The position numbers and the translations under genes are program-made. Positions 19,286 through 31,109 of a DNA stretch of 32,000 bases are shown in pieces; the first letter of the stretch is position 1, and each line of letters opens with the position of its first letter. This stretch comes from Desulfotalea psychrophila LSv54 (GTDB taxonomy: Bacteria > Desulfobacterota > Desulfobulbia > Desulfobulbales > Desulfocapsaceae). The stretch is taken from assembly GCF_000025945.1 (NCBI RefSeq), contig NC_006138.1:3060001-3092000 (forward strand). The letters run 5' to 3'. A model generated the notes under the pieces. The model did no database searches and had not been told where the DNA came from. It saw only the letters and a list, made by a program, of their open reading frames with translations.

Positions 19286-20557
19286 TCAATCGTCGAAATC
19301 CCCTTCCGGTCCCTTATCGACCACCAGGGTCTTGGCTCGGGCAATAATTTTTTCCTTGGTCCACTCTGCCGGATCTTCAATTTGCTCTGCCTTGGCCTCT
19401 AAATCATAGGTATCCATTTCAACCAGAAGCTTACGGGCAATGGCACCAGTTCCAGCAGCATTGAATACATTTGTCAGCAGATCATAGGAAAAATCGGCTA
19501 CCAACTTAATCATTCGTTCCCGAATGGGCTTTGGTTGGGCCATGATCTTCTTCTCAAAGTGAAGATTGAGCCACTTATAGTTATCGGCACTGACACCATC
19601 GGCATCAGCATAGGCAACCATCTCCTCCCAAAGTTCTTCAGAGAGTCCTGCCCCCTCTATCTTTTTAAAGTGACCAGCATCGTCAATAATGGCATTGCCA
19701 TAGTCATTGACCTCAACACCCCAGGCAACCATCTGCAGGGCCGTTGCTACATTGGCCTTGGTGGTATGAGTACCTGCAGCAATGGCACGAAGCTTTTCAG
19801 AGTTATTACCAGAGGTTCCATGCTGAGCACCGGACACGCCATAGGGTGCCAAGGCCTCGTGAATCTGAGAGGTAAGCTCCACCTGAATTCCCTGACCACT
19901 GGACTCAATACCATGGGTAGAGCCATTATTAAGTGCGATCCAATCGGCAAATATTCCATGAGCATTGAGGCCCCTGATCAAAAAAGTGGCATCATCAACG
20001 GTGGAAAGCCCTTGGGCTCCCTTAATCTCACCCACCTCTGTTTCAAGCCCTGCCCAGGTAGGAATATATTGGCAAAGATCAATATTAGCCAACAGATTCA
20101 GGTCGTCAGCCATATGGGAGGCATCAATGGCAACGGAGGTCACACCTGCCTCAAACATAGAGGGCAGTTCCATACGGGCATAGGGTAGATCTGCCTCGGA
20201 TTTGATCACATAGTGATCAGCATGGATGGCAACGGGCACGGTTACACCAAGCTCATTACAAACGGCATCAACCTGTCTGGCAATATTATAAAAATTTGTC
20301 GGGCAGTAGTTACATTCTGAACGGGCAATCTCAATAATCACTGCAGCATCGGCACGCTGAGCTGCCTCTAAAACGCCACGGATAATAATGTGATTCCGGC
20401 CATTAGCCGCAATGGTCATCGCACTTCCCTTAGCCTTCAGGGCCCGATCAACAACCTTGCCACTCACCAGTAATGCCTCAGAATTAGGGAACAACTGTAC
20501 TATATTTGGTGGTCGACCAACCTCCAGTGCCTTTTCAAAATATGCATCCACTGACAT
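19286..20557 (-). CDS. fba: Class II fructose-bisphosphate aldolase (423-aa long form)
   Basis: Class II signature stretches VPVAIHADHYV, VTSVAIDASHM, LETEVGEIKGAQG, HGTSGNNSEKLRAIAAGTHTTKANVATALQ. Confidence 0.85.
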   Translation of the reverse strand: MSVDAYFEKALEVGRPPNIVQLFPNSEALLVSGKVVDRALKAKGSAMTIAANGRNHIIIRGVLEAAQRADAAVIIEIARSECNYCPTNFYNIARQVDAVCNELGVTVPVAIHADHYVIKSEADLPYARMELPSMFEAGVTSVAIDASHMADDLNLLANIDLCQYIPTWAGLETEVGEIKGAQGLSTVDDATFLIRGLNAHGIFADWIALNNGSTHGIESSGQGIQVELTSQIHEALAPYGVSGAQHGTSGNNSEKLRAIAAGTHTTKANVATALQMVAWGVEVNDYGNAIIDDAGHFKKIEGAGLSEELWEEMVAYADADGVSADNYKWLNLHFEKKIMAQPKPIRERMIKLVADFSYDLLTNVFNAAGTGAIARKLLVEMDTYDLEAKAEQIEDPAEWTKEKIIARAKTLVVDKGPEGDFDD

Positions 20558-20829
20558 ATTAAGTCTCCTTATAAAATTGAACTCATTTAAATAATTTTAA
20601 CCTGCTTAGACGACAGGTAGGGGAGATATCTAAGCCCTCCCCAACACCCACACACCATTTAGGGGCCTTGCAAATGCCCCCTACTACACATACCAGGATG
20701 AATTTCATCCCAAAGATAAGCAAAAACTCCGCTGGCAACGCTGACTGTAATAAAATTCCACAGCTCCTCGAAGTCAGGGCTTACCTGATCATTAGCGAAA
20801 TTGCCAATCTTTTAAACTATCCTGTTGCT

Positions 20830-21611
20830 TTAATTTATTTTATCCTCTGTGGCAACACCAAAGCCTTTAAAACCTTTACGGCCAAAAAGCCATACCACCA
20901 CCACACTTATCTCATAGAGCACCATGAGAGGCACTGCCATCATCAGCTGATTAACCACATCCGGAGTAGGAGTCAAAATTGCCGCCACTATAAAATCAAT
21001 TAAAATGGCATATTTTCTATTTTTATTGAGAAAGGCAACATCAACCACCCCTATCTTTGCCAAAAAAAGCATAAATATCGGCATTTCAAAGATAAAGCCA
21101 AAGGCAAGGAGCAGACGGGTTGCAAGGGTGAAATATTCACTCACCCCGGGAAGGGATGTTAAGAAATCATTATTATAACCGACCAGGAATTTAAAGGCAG
21201 GAGGAAATACCACAAAGTAACCAAAGGCCGCACCGCCAATAAAACAGAGCGTTGAAAGAAAGGAGAAGGGAATCAGGATACGTCTTTCGTGTTTATAGAG
21301 ACCTGGGGTAATAAAACGCCAAATTTGTGAGAAGATAACCGGACTGGCCAGGAGAACGCCGCAAACAAGGGCGAGCTTTAGGTAAAAAAAAACCCTTCTT
21401 GATATGAGGTGAAAATCAAAGAGGTATCGCCCGGCAGCACCGCAGTCAGAGGAGCAAAGAACCAAACACCAATCGGTTTTATCACCGAATAAGAGAGGCC
21501 GAAGCCCACTATTATCGCAAGAAAAGAGATCACCAAACAGGAACGCAGTTCCCGCAGATGTTCGGTCAGGGCCTGAGATTCAAAATTTTCACTTGTATTC
21601 TGGGAGTTCAT
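20830..21611 (-). CDS. tatC: Sec-independent translocase TatC, reading frame interrupted at a T9 (coding strand) homopolymer
   Basis: The 5' part (MNSQNTSENFESQALTEHLRELRSCLVISFLAIIVGFGLSY...LIFTSYQEGFFF) and 3' part (YLKLALVCGVLLASPVIFSQIWRFITPGLYKHERR...) together form one TatC. The frames join by a -1 shift at TTTTTTTTT (21384-21392). Confidence 0.9.
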
Positions 21612-21763
21612 AGGGAAATATTAGTCTATGTCCTTGCAGAAAAAAAAGGACAAATAATTTTTTCATTTTCAGGGGATTTAAAATTGCGTGTCAGCTCTAT
21701 TAGCAGAGGTCTTCTTCTACAGAAAAACTATCCATTAAATACCATTGACTACCTTTTTTTGCA

Positions 21764-22096
21764 ATGAATTGCATCCAGAGGCCCGAGACCGACAGGCCTG
21801 CATGGTTTGTCTACATCGTTCAATGTGCTGATGGCACTCTTTATACCGGAATCACAACCAATATAGCAAGGCGTATTACTGAACACAATAGCTCCGCCAA
21901 GGGAGCCCGTTACACCAGATCCAGAAGACCAGTGATGCTAGTCTACAGGGAGACATGCAGGGATCGTTCTGAAGCCAGCAAACGGGAGTATGCAATCAAA
22001 CAGCTCTCCCCCACCCGAAAAAGAACCCTGGTTAAGGCAAGCGAAAAAGGGTTTTCAGCAATATATTTCCCTAGTTATAGCATAAAAGGACAGTAG
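21764..22096 (+). CDS. GIY-YIG domain protein (YhbQ-like)
   Basis: WFVYIVQCADGTLYTGITTNIARRITEHNSSAKGARYTRSRRPVMLVYRETCRDRSEASKREYAIKQLS. Confidence 0.93.
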   Translation: MNCIQRPETDRPAWFVYIVQCADGTLYTGITTNIARRITEHNSSAKGARYTRSRRPVMLVYRETCRDRSEASKREYAIKQLSPTRKRTLVKASEKGFSAIYFPSYSIKGQ

Positions 22097-22104
22097 AAAG
22101 ACCA

Positions 22105-23487
22105 ATGGCAAACATACTGGTAGTCGATGATGAACGGAGCATGCGTGAATTTTTCAAGATACTCCTCCATAAAGAGGGATATAAAGCCTATACCACAGCT
22201 AATATTAACGAGGCAAGGGAGATCTTTTCCCAAGAGCCAATCGATCTGATCATCACTGATATCCGCATGCCCAGCGGCAGTGGTTTTGATCTACTTGAAA
22301 ACATCCGGGAAGAAAACCCTCACATTCCCATTATTCTCATTACCGCCTTCACCGAACCCAATGATGCCCTCCGGGCCATGAAGAATGGTGCCTTTGACTA
22401 TATTAGCAAACCATTTAATATTGAAGAAATTAAGTCTGTAGTAAAATCTGCTCTACAAAAAAGCAACTGTTCTGCCCCCCGAATGGTCACCAGTCACTTT
22501 CCAGAAATTATTGGTGAAAGTCGGGAAATGCAGAAAATTTTCGATATAATAAGCCGAGTTGCCCCCACTCCGGCAAACATACTTATCCATGGAGAATCCG
22601 GGACGGGCAAAGAGCTCGTTGCCCGAGCTATCCAGCAAAAAAGTCTGGTTGCCCAAAAGGCCTTTATCCCCATCACCTGTAGTGCAATCCCCGAAGAGCT
22701 GATGGAGAGCGAACTCTTTGGCCATGTCAAGGGAGCCTTTACCGGTGCGATTACCGCCAAGACAGGCCTCTTTGCCGAGGCCAATGGTGGCACCGTATTT
22801 CTTGATGAAATAGGAGAACTCCCCCTTCACATCCAAATCAAATTGCTCCGGGTTTTACAAGAGAGAGAGATAAAGCCAGTGGGAGGCAATCAGATTCAGA
22901 GCATCCAGGTCCGGATCATTGCCGCCACCAACAGAGTTCTTGAAGAGGAGATAAGGGCCGGCCGCTTCCGGGAAGATCTCTTCTACCGTCTGGCCGTTGT
23001 TCCTATCCGAGTACCACCTCTTAGAGAACGTAAGAGTGATATTCCCCTTCTAGCTCAACACTTCCTTAAAAAATACTCACGCCTTCTGGGAAAGAAGGTC
23101 CAGGAAATATCATCCTATGGCCTGGAGGTTTTAATGAAGTATGAGTTCCCCGGCAATGTCCGGGAATTAGAAAATATCATAGAGAGGGCCGTTGCCCTGG
23201 AATCATCCAATATTATCCTCCCGGAAAATCTTAATTTTTCTGCCCCCAATATCCTGCGGGAAGAGAGAGCAAGAGATAATAGCAGAGGTTTCCAAGCCCT
23301 CTCCTGCGAAGAGGAGCTCTTTGACCTTGGTCTTGAAAATATCATGACCCGTCTGGAAAAAAATCTTCTCCAACATACCCTGAAGAAGACCAATAACTCT
23401 AAGATAAGGGCGGCAGAACTCCTGCAGATAAGCTTTCGTTCCCTGAGATATAAAATTAAAAAATATAAAATAGAACCAGCTGAATAG
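22105..23487 (+). CDS. Sigma54-dependent NtrC-family response regulator
   Basis: REC ([37 protein letters not shown]), AAA+ ([50 protein letters not shown]), C-terminal Fis-like HTH. Confidence 0.97.
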   Translation: MANILVVDDERSMREFFKILLHKEGYKAYTTANINEAREIFSQEPIDLIITDIRMPSGSGFDLLENIREENPHIPIILITAFTEPNDALRAMKNGAFDYISKPFNIEEIKSVVKSALQKSNCSAPRMVTSHFPEIIGESREMQKIFDIISRVAPTPANILIHGESGTGKELVARAIQQKSLVAQKAFIPITCSAIPEELMESELFGHVKGAFTGAITAKTGLFAEANGGTVFLDEIGELPLHIQIKLLRVLQEREIKPVGGNQIQSIQVRIIAATNRVLEEEIRAGRFREDLFYRLAVVPIRVPPLRERKSDIPLLAQHFLKKYSRLLGKKVQEISSYGLEVLMKYEFPGNVRELENIIERAVALESSNIILPENLNFSAPNILREERARDNSRGFQALSCEEELFDLGLENIMTRLEKNLLQHTLKKTNNSKIRAAELLQISFRSLRYKIKKYKIEPAE

Positions 23488-23494
23488 GGCCCCT

Positions 23495-25168
23495 ATGACA
23501 AGCCAAAGCCTAACCGTTAAATACTTTGCTGCCAAACAGCTCCAGTGGGTTCTCCTCCTTCGCGCTGTACTCTATAGCTTTTTGCTGGCCATTAACTTCT
23601 TCCTACAAAGCAAGGCTGAGACAATAACAATGCCCTACCCCCTGGCCCTGCTCCTGCTCGGGGCCGTATATTCTAGCAGCATCTACTACGGAAAAAACCT
23701 GGAAAACTTTACCATTATCCCCCAAAGATTTATTCTCGGCCAAGTCTCTTTTGACATTCTCTTTGCCAGCATACTTATCTACTTTACAGGTGCATCCTAC
23801 TCAACCTTTTCCTCGGTCTTCTTTTTCCCCATTATCGCAGGAGCACTGTTACTCCCCGGAATCAGGAGTCTGGCGCCAGCAGCAGCCGCCACATTCTCCT
23901 ATACGATCATCCTCCTCCTTGAGGCAATAGGCATAGTCCCTGCGTATTTTTATCATTTTTCTCTCTTTACCAGCAAAACGGCCATTACCATGCTCAACCA
24001 ATTTTCAACCCATGGTCTCACCTTTTTCCTTGCTGGCAGCCTCAATATGCTTCTAGCCCTTCGCCTGCAAAAAACAGAAACAGCTCTCTCGGACTCTGAA
24101 GAAACACTTGAAAGCCTCTCCCATCTCTATAAGCAAATTTTCGACAACGTCTCCACGGGAATCATAACCATAAACCCCCGTGGCAGCATCACCTCTGCCA
24201 ACAACTCAAGTCTGAAAATTTTAGGTAAAAAAGCCGCTCAGGTCTCCGGGAAAAATATATTCACAGTGCTACCGGAAATTGATTTAACTCCCGGTAAGCA
24301 GAGAAAAAGTTTTGACTACCCCATGGGAGAAAATCTTCTTCGTATTGGCTATTCAGCCATGTTTTTAGAAAATTCTACAGACGCAGAAAAGAGTAGGGAA
24401 GAGAAAGATAAAATAATTACCTTCCGTGATATCACAGAGGTTGAAAGATTAGAAAAACAACTCCGCCAAGCAGAAAAACTTGCCGCCATAGGCACCATGA
24501 GCGCTAGCATCGCCCATGAGTTCCGCAACCCCCTGACCGCAATTTCCGGTTCTGCCCAGATACTGGAGGAAGATTTGATAAACCAAGCAGGGGAGACAAC
24601 TATAAGCTATGAACTCTGCGCCATAATACTGCGAGAATCAGACAGATTACTGGAGACAATTTCAAATTTTCTTATCTTTGCTAAACCTGAACATTCCGAA
24701 TATAATTGGTTTTCTTTGAAAAAATGCGTGAAGGAAATTTTGGCAAGCAACAGAACCAACCCTCTCTGGCCCGAGAGCTGTCTCATTGAGGTAAAAATAG
24801 AGCAACAGCTTGATCTCTGGGCCGATAAAAACCAAATACAGACCACCCTTAACCATCTGCTGGATAATGCCCTCTGTTTCTGCCCCCGAGGTAAGGAAAA
24901 GATAAGAATAGAGGCCCATGAATATTCGATCGGAGCGGGAAAATTCGTCCAAATAAATATCGGCGATAATGGTACGGGGGTGGCATCGGCAGAGATGAGG
25001 AAAATTTTTGAACCCTTCTACACCACCCGAGCGGACGGAACAGGACTGGGACTGAGCATTGTCCACCAATATGTGAGCGCCCACAAGGGCAGAGTAGCAG
25101 TAGGGAAGAGTCCGCTGGGAGGGGCGGAGTTCCAAGTAAGCCTCCCCCTTCCCGAGCCGCCTGAATAA
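23495..25168 (+). CDS. Membrane sensor histidine kinase (PilS/NtrB-like: TM bundle, PAS, HisKA, HATPase)
   Basis: Multiple TM segments, H-box (AAIGTMSASIAHEFRNPLTAISGSAQIL), N-box (TTLNHLLDNALCF), G-boxes (IGDNGTGVASAEMRKIFEPFYTTRADGTGLGLSIVHQY). Starts 7 nt after the regulator gene. Confidence 0.96.
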   Translation: MTSQSLTVKYFAAKQLQWVLLLRAVLYSFLLAINFFLQSKAETITMPYPLALLLLGAVYSSSIYYGKNLENFTIIPQRFILGQVSFDILFASILIYFTGASYSTFSSVFFFPIIAGALLLPGIRSLAPAAAATFSYTIILLLEAIGIVPAYFYHFSLFTSKTAITMLNQFSTHGLTFFLAGSLNMLLALRLQKTETALSDSEETLESLSHLYKQIFDNVSTGIITINPRGSITSANNSSLKILGKKAAQVSGKNIFTVLPEIDLTPGKQRKSFDYPMGENLLRIGYSAMFLENSTDAEKSREEKDKIITFRDITEVERLEKQLRQAEKLAAIGTMSASIAHEFRNPLTAISGSAQILEEDLINQAGETTISYELCAIILRESDRLLETISNFLIFAKPEHSEYNWFSLKKCVKEILASNRTNPLWPESCLIEVKIEQQLDLWADKNQIQTTLNHLLDNALCFCPRGKEKIRIEAHEYSIGAGKFVQINIGDNGTGVASAEMRKIFEPFYTTRADGTGLGLSIVHQYVSAHKGRVAVGKSPLGGAEFQVSLPLPEPPE

Positions 25169-25183
25169 AGACAGAGAAGAGTA

Positions 25184-25792
25184 CTAATCCTCCTCCGGAA
25201 AAACAAAATTACCCTTTTTACCATCGAAACGAAAATACTCCGGCCGGACATAAAAGGTACCTGTCCCCTCGGGCTGAACCCCTTGAAGCATCCCCTGAAG
25301 CCAAACCTTTTCCCCCGTTTTCATCTTCAGAAATTGGGGATATCCTTCCAGGTCAAGCTCACAGATAATGTTTGCCCCAAAGCCCGTTTCCGAGGTGTCA
25401 AAGGAGACCTTGGCCACAGCACCTTCCACAGAATCAATGGCAAAGAAATAGACAAACCAACCCACGGGCAACAGATCTGGCTGCTCACCTGCCGGTAGAG
25501 CCTGCATATCTCCATATGCCCGGATGCGGTCCAGTATCTCAGTGGGACTTATCTCTGTATAAAAGCCCTTAGCCGAGCCCTTACTCTTTCCCTTATCACC
25601 CTCTCCCCCTTCCTGACCATTGCCTTGCTCCGTTTTTTTCAGTTCTGTAACGGTATCAGCAGGCCCCTGCTTGTCCTTCTTAGAAGAGCCGCCCAGCTTA
25701 TAGCCAACGAAGGCCAAGGCGAGAAAAAAGCAAAATACCAGGACAATGATAATAAATTCTCTGTTTCTCTTCATCCAGCCGCGTAACTTCAT
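25184..25792 (-). CDS. Hypothetical single-pass membrane protein
   Basis: Likely start MKLRGWMKRNREF at 25792, which removes the overlap with murA. TM IIIVLVFCFFLALAFVGYKLG, low-complexity linker, C-terminal domain. Confidence 0.6.
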   Translation of the reverse strand: MKLRGWMKRNREFIIIVLVFCFFLALAFVGYKLGGSSKKDKQGPADTVTELKKTEQGNGQEGGEGDKGKSKGSAKGFYTEISPTEILDRIRAYGDMQALPAGEQPDLLPVGWFVYFFAIDSVEGAVAKVSFDTSETGFGANIICELDLEGYPQFLKMKTGEKVWLQGMLQGVQPEGTGTFYVRPEYFRFDGKKGNFVFPEED

Positions 25793-25871
25793 CTTATCTG
25801 TCTCCCAGATTGCAAAAGTATAATAAGACTTTATCGGCCAGAAAACAGATATCTTAAAGGGCGGCGAGACA

Positions 25872-27149
25872 TTAGGACTGCTCTTTCCAGACCCGAGCAC
25901 CAAGGCCTGTCAACTTCTCCTCAAGCTTTTCATAGCCACGCTCAAGATGATAGATACGTCTCACCTCCGTTTGGCCGGTGGCGGCAAGACCTGCTATAAC
26001 CAGAGAGGAGCTTGCCCGGAGATCCGTTGCCATAACAGGAGCACCAACAAGTCCCGCGACACCATTGCCGGTAACCACAGCACTGCCGCCGTTAATCTTA
26101 ATATCGGCATTCATCCTTTCCAGCTCGGCAACATGCATGAATCTATTTTCAAAGATAGTCTCGTTAACCACGGAACTACCGGTGGCAAGGCACATAAGGG
26201 CCATAAACTGTGCCTGCAGATCCGTTGCATAACCCGGATATGGCATGGTCTTAATATCCACGCAGGAGAGATCAGAAACAGTTTTCCCCTCGGGAAAGGA
26301 TATAGAAATAGTGCTCTCGTCCGCTTCCAACAAGAGTCCTGTGGCCCGAAGTTTGGTCAAAAGGGCTGAGAGATGTTCAGGTTGGCAATGAGTTACCTTG
26401 CCTGCGCCACCGCTTGCAGCAATGGCGATGAGATAGGTGCCTGCCTCGATTCGATCGGGAATGATAACACAATCTGCTTGGCCAAGCTGTTCTACCCCAT
26501 GAATGGTCAGCTCGTCGCTGTCCCGACCTTCGATACGAGCGCCCATACCCACCAGCATATCCACCAGATTAGCAATCTCAGGCTCACGGGCAGCGTTTTG
26601 CAGTACGGTAGTACCTTCGGCAAGTGTTGCAGCCATAAGCAAATTTTCGGTTCCCGTTACCGAAGGCACATCAAAATAAATTGTCCCTCCCTGCAGGCGA
26701 CCGTCCACCTCGACATCCACATAACCATGTTCCTGGATACACTTTGCCCCCAGGGTTTCAAGACCCATGAGGTGGAGATTGATGGGTCGGTCGCCAATGG
26801 CACATCCACCGGGCTTAGAAACACGAGCCTGTCCAAGACGGGCGACAAGAGGGCCGAGAACAAGCACAGAGGCACGCATGGTGCGGACTAGATCGTAGGA
26901 GGCCTCACAGTGCTTCAGGTGGGTGCTGTCAATGGTAAGAACATCCCCATCACGTTGACTGGTCACCCCAAGCTCAGCCATGACCTGAAGCAAGGTCTTA
27001 GTATCACGAAGTTCGGGAACGTTGCGCAAAATATGCTTACCAGGAGCAAGCAGAGTTGCTGCCATAAGGGGCAGAGCTGCGTTTTTAGCACCACTAATTT
27101 TCACAGAACCGTGGAGTGGGCGCCCACCCTCAATAAACAATTTTTCCAT
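25872..27149 (-). CDS. murA: UDP-N-acetylglucosamine 1-carboxyvinyltransferase
   Basis: [35 protein letters not shown]..., [58 protein letters not shown]. Confidence 0.97.
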
Positions 27150-27190
27150 TTTTCAACCCTTCTCTCTATAAATAAAATATCGGTATATGA

Positions 27191-28066
27191 TTAGTTATGG
27201 GATAGCAAACGAGCGTAGAGCACTCGATCCCGCCGGGCATAATCTTGCAAAACATGCACATCTGTAAAGGATGATCCATCGCTGCCGGGCTCTGCAAAGA
27301 GATCGGCTATGGCAGCACCCTGATCTGCACCGAACTCTATAAAGACCTCACCACCAAGGCTTAAATATTTGGGAAGATCATCCCGCATACGCCTGATAAA
27401 GTCAAGACCATCGCCTGCGCCACCGTCAAGTGCCAGATGGGGTTCATAGGAGGCGACCTCAGGTTCCAGCTCATGGGCGATGGCCCCGCGACTCACATAG
27501 GGAGGATTAGAAACAATCAGACCAAACTGATGCAGGGGCTCAATATTTGCAAAGAGATCACTTCGAATAAAATTAATGGCGACATGGTGACGATGGGCGT
27601 TAAAACGGGCAACCTGCAGAGCCTCCTCGGAAATATCCACGGCCACAACAGGTCGTCCTAACTCCTTGGCCAGGACAACGGCAATAACACCACTGCCGGT
27701 ACAGAGGTCAAGGACAGGAGTTACCGATTCCCGCCAGGCACCAGCGCTTGCCAGAACCTTCTCCAACATAAACTCTGTTTCAGGACGGGGAATGAGGACA
27801 TGGGAATTTACCTTGAAATCCAGGGACCAAAATTCCTGCTCACCAAGAATATAGGCCAAGGGCTCACGCTGCACACGCCTTGCCAACAAAAGGTTAAAGG
27901 CAGCCTCAGACCCAGAAGAGACAGGGTTCTCCGGATAAAGAAAAAGCTCGGTACGTGTCTTACCCAAACAGTGTCCAAGTAATAACTGCACATCCACCAA
28001 AGCACTTTCAACACCGGCTTCAGCGAGGACAAGAACCGCTCTTTGCATCAATTGGGCAACATGCAT
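27191..28066 (-). CDS. prmC: Peptide chain release factor N5-glutamine methyltransferase
   Basis: PLAYILGEQEFWSLDFKVNSHVLIPRPETE, VLDLCTGSGVIAVVLAKE, FGLIVSNPPYVSRG. Adjacent to prfA. Confidence 0.95.
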   Translation of the reverse strand: MHVAQLMQRAVLVLAEAGVESALVDVQLLLGHCLGKTRTELFLYPENPVSSGSEAAFNLLLARRVQREPLAYILGEQEFWSLDFKVNSHVLIPRPETEFMLEKVLASAGAWRESVTPVLDLCTGSGVIAVVLAKELGRPVVAVDISEEALQVARFNAHRHHVAINFIRSDLFANIEPLHQFGLIVSNPPYVSRGAIAHELEPEVASYEPHLALDGGAGDGLDFIRRMRDDLPKYLSLGGEVFIEFGADQGAAIADLFAEPGSDGSSFTDVHVLQDYARRDRVLYARLLSHN

Positions 28067-28095
28067 TTGATTTATTAGAAAATTTTGATGTTCTG

Positions 28096-28144
28096 GAAAA
28101 AGATATGGGCCTGAAGAAGATCTAAAATGATCTCCAGGCCCATA
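28096..28144 (-). terminator. Terminator-like hairpin between prfA and prmC
   Basis: TATGGGCCTG (28104-28113) pairs with CAGGCCCATA (28135-28144), with an inner AGATC/GATCT stem. The minus strand continues into TCTTTTT. Confidence 0.6.
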
Positions 28145-28149
28145 GAAAT

Positions 28150-29223
28150 TTACTCGAGGTCTTTAAGCTTTTCTGCCTGATCATGAGTAATAAGAGGATA
28201 GATAACCTCATCAAGGGAACCGCCCATAATAGTTTCCAACTTATAGAGGGTCAGATTAATACGATGATCCGTTACCCTGCCCTGCGGAAAGTTATAAGTT
28301 CTAATACGCTCACTTCTATCACCGGTACCAACCTGGCTCCTGCGAGCCTCGGAAATCTTAGCGTTATGCTCGCTTTCCAGCTTATCAAGCAAACGGGCAC
28401 GCAGTACGGTTAAAGCCTTGACCTTATTCTTATGCTGAGACTTTTCATCCTGACAGATAACCACCAGACCAGTGGGAAGGTGAGTAATACGAACAGCAGA
28501 ATCTGTGGTATTAACACTCTGACCACCCGGGCCCGAAGAACGAAATACATCAAACTTCAGCTCATTCATATCAATATGCAGCTCGACCTCTTCTGCCTCG
28601 GGCAAGATTGCCACGGTAACAGCAGAGGTATGAATACGTCCCTGGGTCTCTGTTTCAGGTACACGTTGAACGCGATGGACACCACTCTCATATTTGAGCT
28701 TTGAAAAGACCTGCTCACCGGAAATAAGGGCAATAATCTCCTTGAAGCCACCAATACCAAGTGGATTCGAGCTCATCACCTCAACCTTCCAACCCATGGT
28801 CTCAGCAAAACGGGTATACATTCTAAACAGATCAGCAACAAAGAGAGCCGCCTCATCACCGCCAGCACCAGCACGGATCTCCAGGAAGGTGTTCTTCTCG
28901 TCGTTAGGATCTTTAGGCAGAAGGATGATCTTGATCGCTTTATCAAGTTCAACAATCCTGACATTCAACTCTTCAAGTTCCGCCTTGGCAAGCTCTTTGA
29001 GATCTGGATCTTCCCCGTCATCATGGAGAATAGCCTTATTATCCTCAACATCCTGACAGGCGGTTTTATACTCCTTGTACACCGTATTGAGCTTACTCAG
29101 ATGGGCATGCTCACGAACCACCTTTTGAAATTCCTTCTGATCATTTACAATTTCCGGATCAGAAAGCTTTCCTTCAAGATGTTCAATTCTATTATCTAGA
29201 TCATCAAACTTATCAAATAACAT
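28150..29223 (-). CDS. prfA: Peptide chain release factor 1
   Basis: 357 aa; [41 protein letters not shown] and [21 protein letters not shown]. Confidence 0.97.
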
Positions 29224-29392
29224 GGGGCCCTCGGAGAATAGCGCTAATGGAAGCCAAGGCTAGATCCTGTCATTATACGCTAGAGGTATAGGTATCGTAG
29301 CAATGGAATTAGCAACAACAAAAAAGATCACTGCTGGCTAGAATAAGATTTATTCTCTGCCCAAAAAGCAGATTTTAACAGCGGTAACATAG

Positions 29393-29431
29393 AAAAAAGC
29401 CCATGCCAACAACGTTAGCATGGACTTTTTT
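29393..29431. terminator. Rho-independent terminator downstream of rpmE
   Basis: AAAAAAG-C-CCATGC-N11-GCATGG-A-CTTTTTT. The CCATGC/GCATGG stem is flanked by A and T runs and is potentially bidirectional. Confidence 0.7.
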
Positions 29432-29456
29432 AGTGGTACAACAAACTGCAAACAGC

Positions 29457-29678
29457 TTATGCTTCGGCTTTCTTCTCGAAATGCTTTGCATAACGTTGCT
29501 TGAACTTCTCGATACGTCCTGCTGTATCAATAAGCTTTTGCTTTCCGGTGAAGAAAGGGTGACAAGCAGAACAAATCTCTACCTTCATCTCTGTCTCAAC
29601 AGAACCAAGTTCTACTTCGTTGCCACAGGCACAAACCGCGTTAATCTTGTGATATTCTGGATGTATATCTTTTCTCAT
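29457..29678 (-). CDS. rpmE: 50S ribosomal protein L31
   Basis: [27 protein letters not shown]...[31 protein letters not shown]. Confidence 0.97.
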   Translation of the reverse strand: MRKDIHPEYHKINAVCACGNEVELGSVETEMKVEICSACHPFFTGKQKLIDTAGRIEKFKQRYAKHFEKKAEA

Positions 29679-29858
29679 AACCCTTTATCCTCCAACACAC
29701 CATCAATGTGATATTCAATTTTCAGCAATGTGATATTATTTTTTTAACAATAATTACCTAAACGATAATCACGCATAATACCCTTACATTTATTTTTTTC
29801 AACTAAAAAACTTACAACTAACAGGATGATTATCTTTTTTTATCAAAAAAACAGCCAA

Positions 29859-31109
29859 TTACCCGTTCATATTATCAATAAATTCTGCATTTGTCTTATG
29901 ATGCTTCAACTTATCCATAAGAAAATCCATACAATCTGAGGGATTCATGGCATTAAGAATCTTCCTGAGAATCCAGATACGATTTAGCTTATCCGGCTTC
30001 ATCAACAGCTCTTCTTTACGAGTACCAGAACGTCGAATATCAATGGCAGGAAAAATTCTCTTATCTGCCATCTTACGATCAAGTACCAACTCCATGTTAC
30101 CCGTACCCTTGAACTCTTCGAAGATAACCTCATCCATGCGGCTTCCGGTCTCGATAAGGGCCGTAGCTATGATGGTGAGACTGCCACCTTCTTCGATGTT
30201 TCGAGCAGCACCAAAAAATCTCTTTGGACGATGCAGGGCGTTAGCCTCAACACCACCGGATAGAATTTTACCACTTGCAGGAGTAACGGTATTGTATGCC
30301 CGCGCAAGTCTTGTAATACTATCAAGCAGAATAACAACATCTTTTTTATGCTCTACCAATCTCTTGGCCTTCTCAATAACCATTTCAGCAACTTGAATAT
30401 GTCGCTGTGGTGGTTCATCAAAGGTAGAACTGACAACCTCTGCAGCCTTAACCGAACGGGACATCTCGGTAACCTCTTCCGGACGCTCATCAATAAGCAG
30501 TACTATCAGGTACACCTCTGGATGATTGCGTACAATTGTATTGGCAAGTTTCTGCATAAAAACAGTTTTACCAGTACGGGGAGGAGCTACAAGCAGGCCA
30601 CGTTGTCCCTTACCAATAGGGGCAAACAGATCCATTGCCCGTATGGAATAATTATCTGAATCGCAGTCTAGATCAAAGGCCTCGTCGGGATGAAGAGGGG
30701 TGAGATTACCAAACAGAGTCTTCTGTTTAGCTGCCTCGGGAGAATCAAAGTTGACACTCTCGACTTTCAAAAGGGCAAAATATCTCTCGCCTTCCTTAGG
30801 GGCACGCACCATACCGTCAATGGTATCACCTGTTCTCAAATTCAACCTGCGAATTTGCGATGGAGACACATAGATATCATCTGGACCTGGCAAGTAATTA
30901 TAATCAGGAGCCCGGAGAAAGCCAAAGCCATCTGGAAGAATCTCCAGAACTCCGCTTCCACGCATCTTGCCTTCTTTATCAGCCTGGGCCTGCAGAATTG
31001 CAAAGATCAGCTCCTGCTTACGCAATATGCTATAACCCTCAACATTCAATTGGCGCGCAAGTTGTACCAGGTCTCCAATTTTTTTCAGCTTTAATTCCGC
31101 CAGATTCAT
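29859..31109 (-). CDS. rho: Transcription termination factor Rho
   Basis: [119 protein letters not shown]. Confidence 0.98.
   Translation of the reverse strand: MNLAELKLKKIGDLVQLARQLNVEGYSILRKQELIFAILQAQADKEGKMRGSGVLEILPDGFGFLRAPDYNYLPGPDDIYVSPSQIRRLNLRTGDTIDGMVRAPKEGERYFALLKVESVNFDSPEAAKQKTLFGNLTPLHPDEAFDLDCDSDNYSIRAMDLFAPIGKGQRGLLVAPPRTGKTVFMQKLANTIVRNHPEVYLIVLLIDERPEEVTEMSRSVKAAEVVSSTFDEPPQRHIQVAEMVIEKAKRLVEHKKDVVILLDSITRLARAYNTVTPASGKILSGGVEANALHRPKRFFGAARNIEEGGSLTIIATALIETGSRMDEVIFEEFKGTGNMELVLDRKMADKRIFPAIDIRRSGTRKEELLMKPDKLNRIWILRKILNAMNPSDCMDFLMDKLKHHKTNAEFIDNMNG

Noticed and set aside
19535-20188. 217-aa plus-strand ORF
   Set aside because: Entirely antisense to the class II aldolase gene, which has clear family motifs.
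20668-21003. 111-aa plus-strand ORF overlapping the tatC 3' end
   Set aside because: Mostly antisense to tatC, with no domain.
26373-26891. 172-aa and 140-aa plus-strand ORFs inside murA
   Set aside because: Antisense shadows of murA with no recognisable motif or RBS support.
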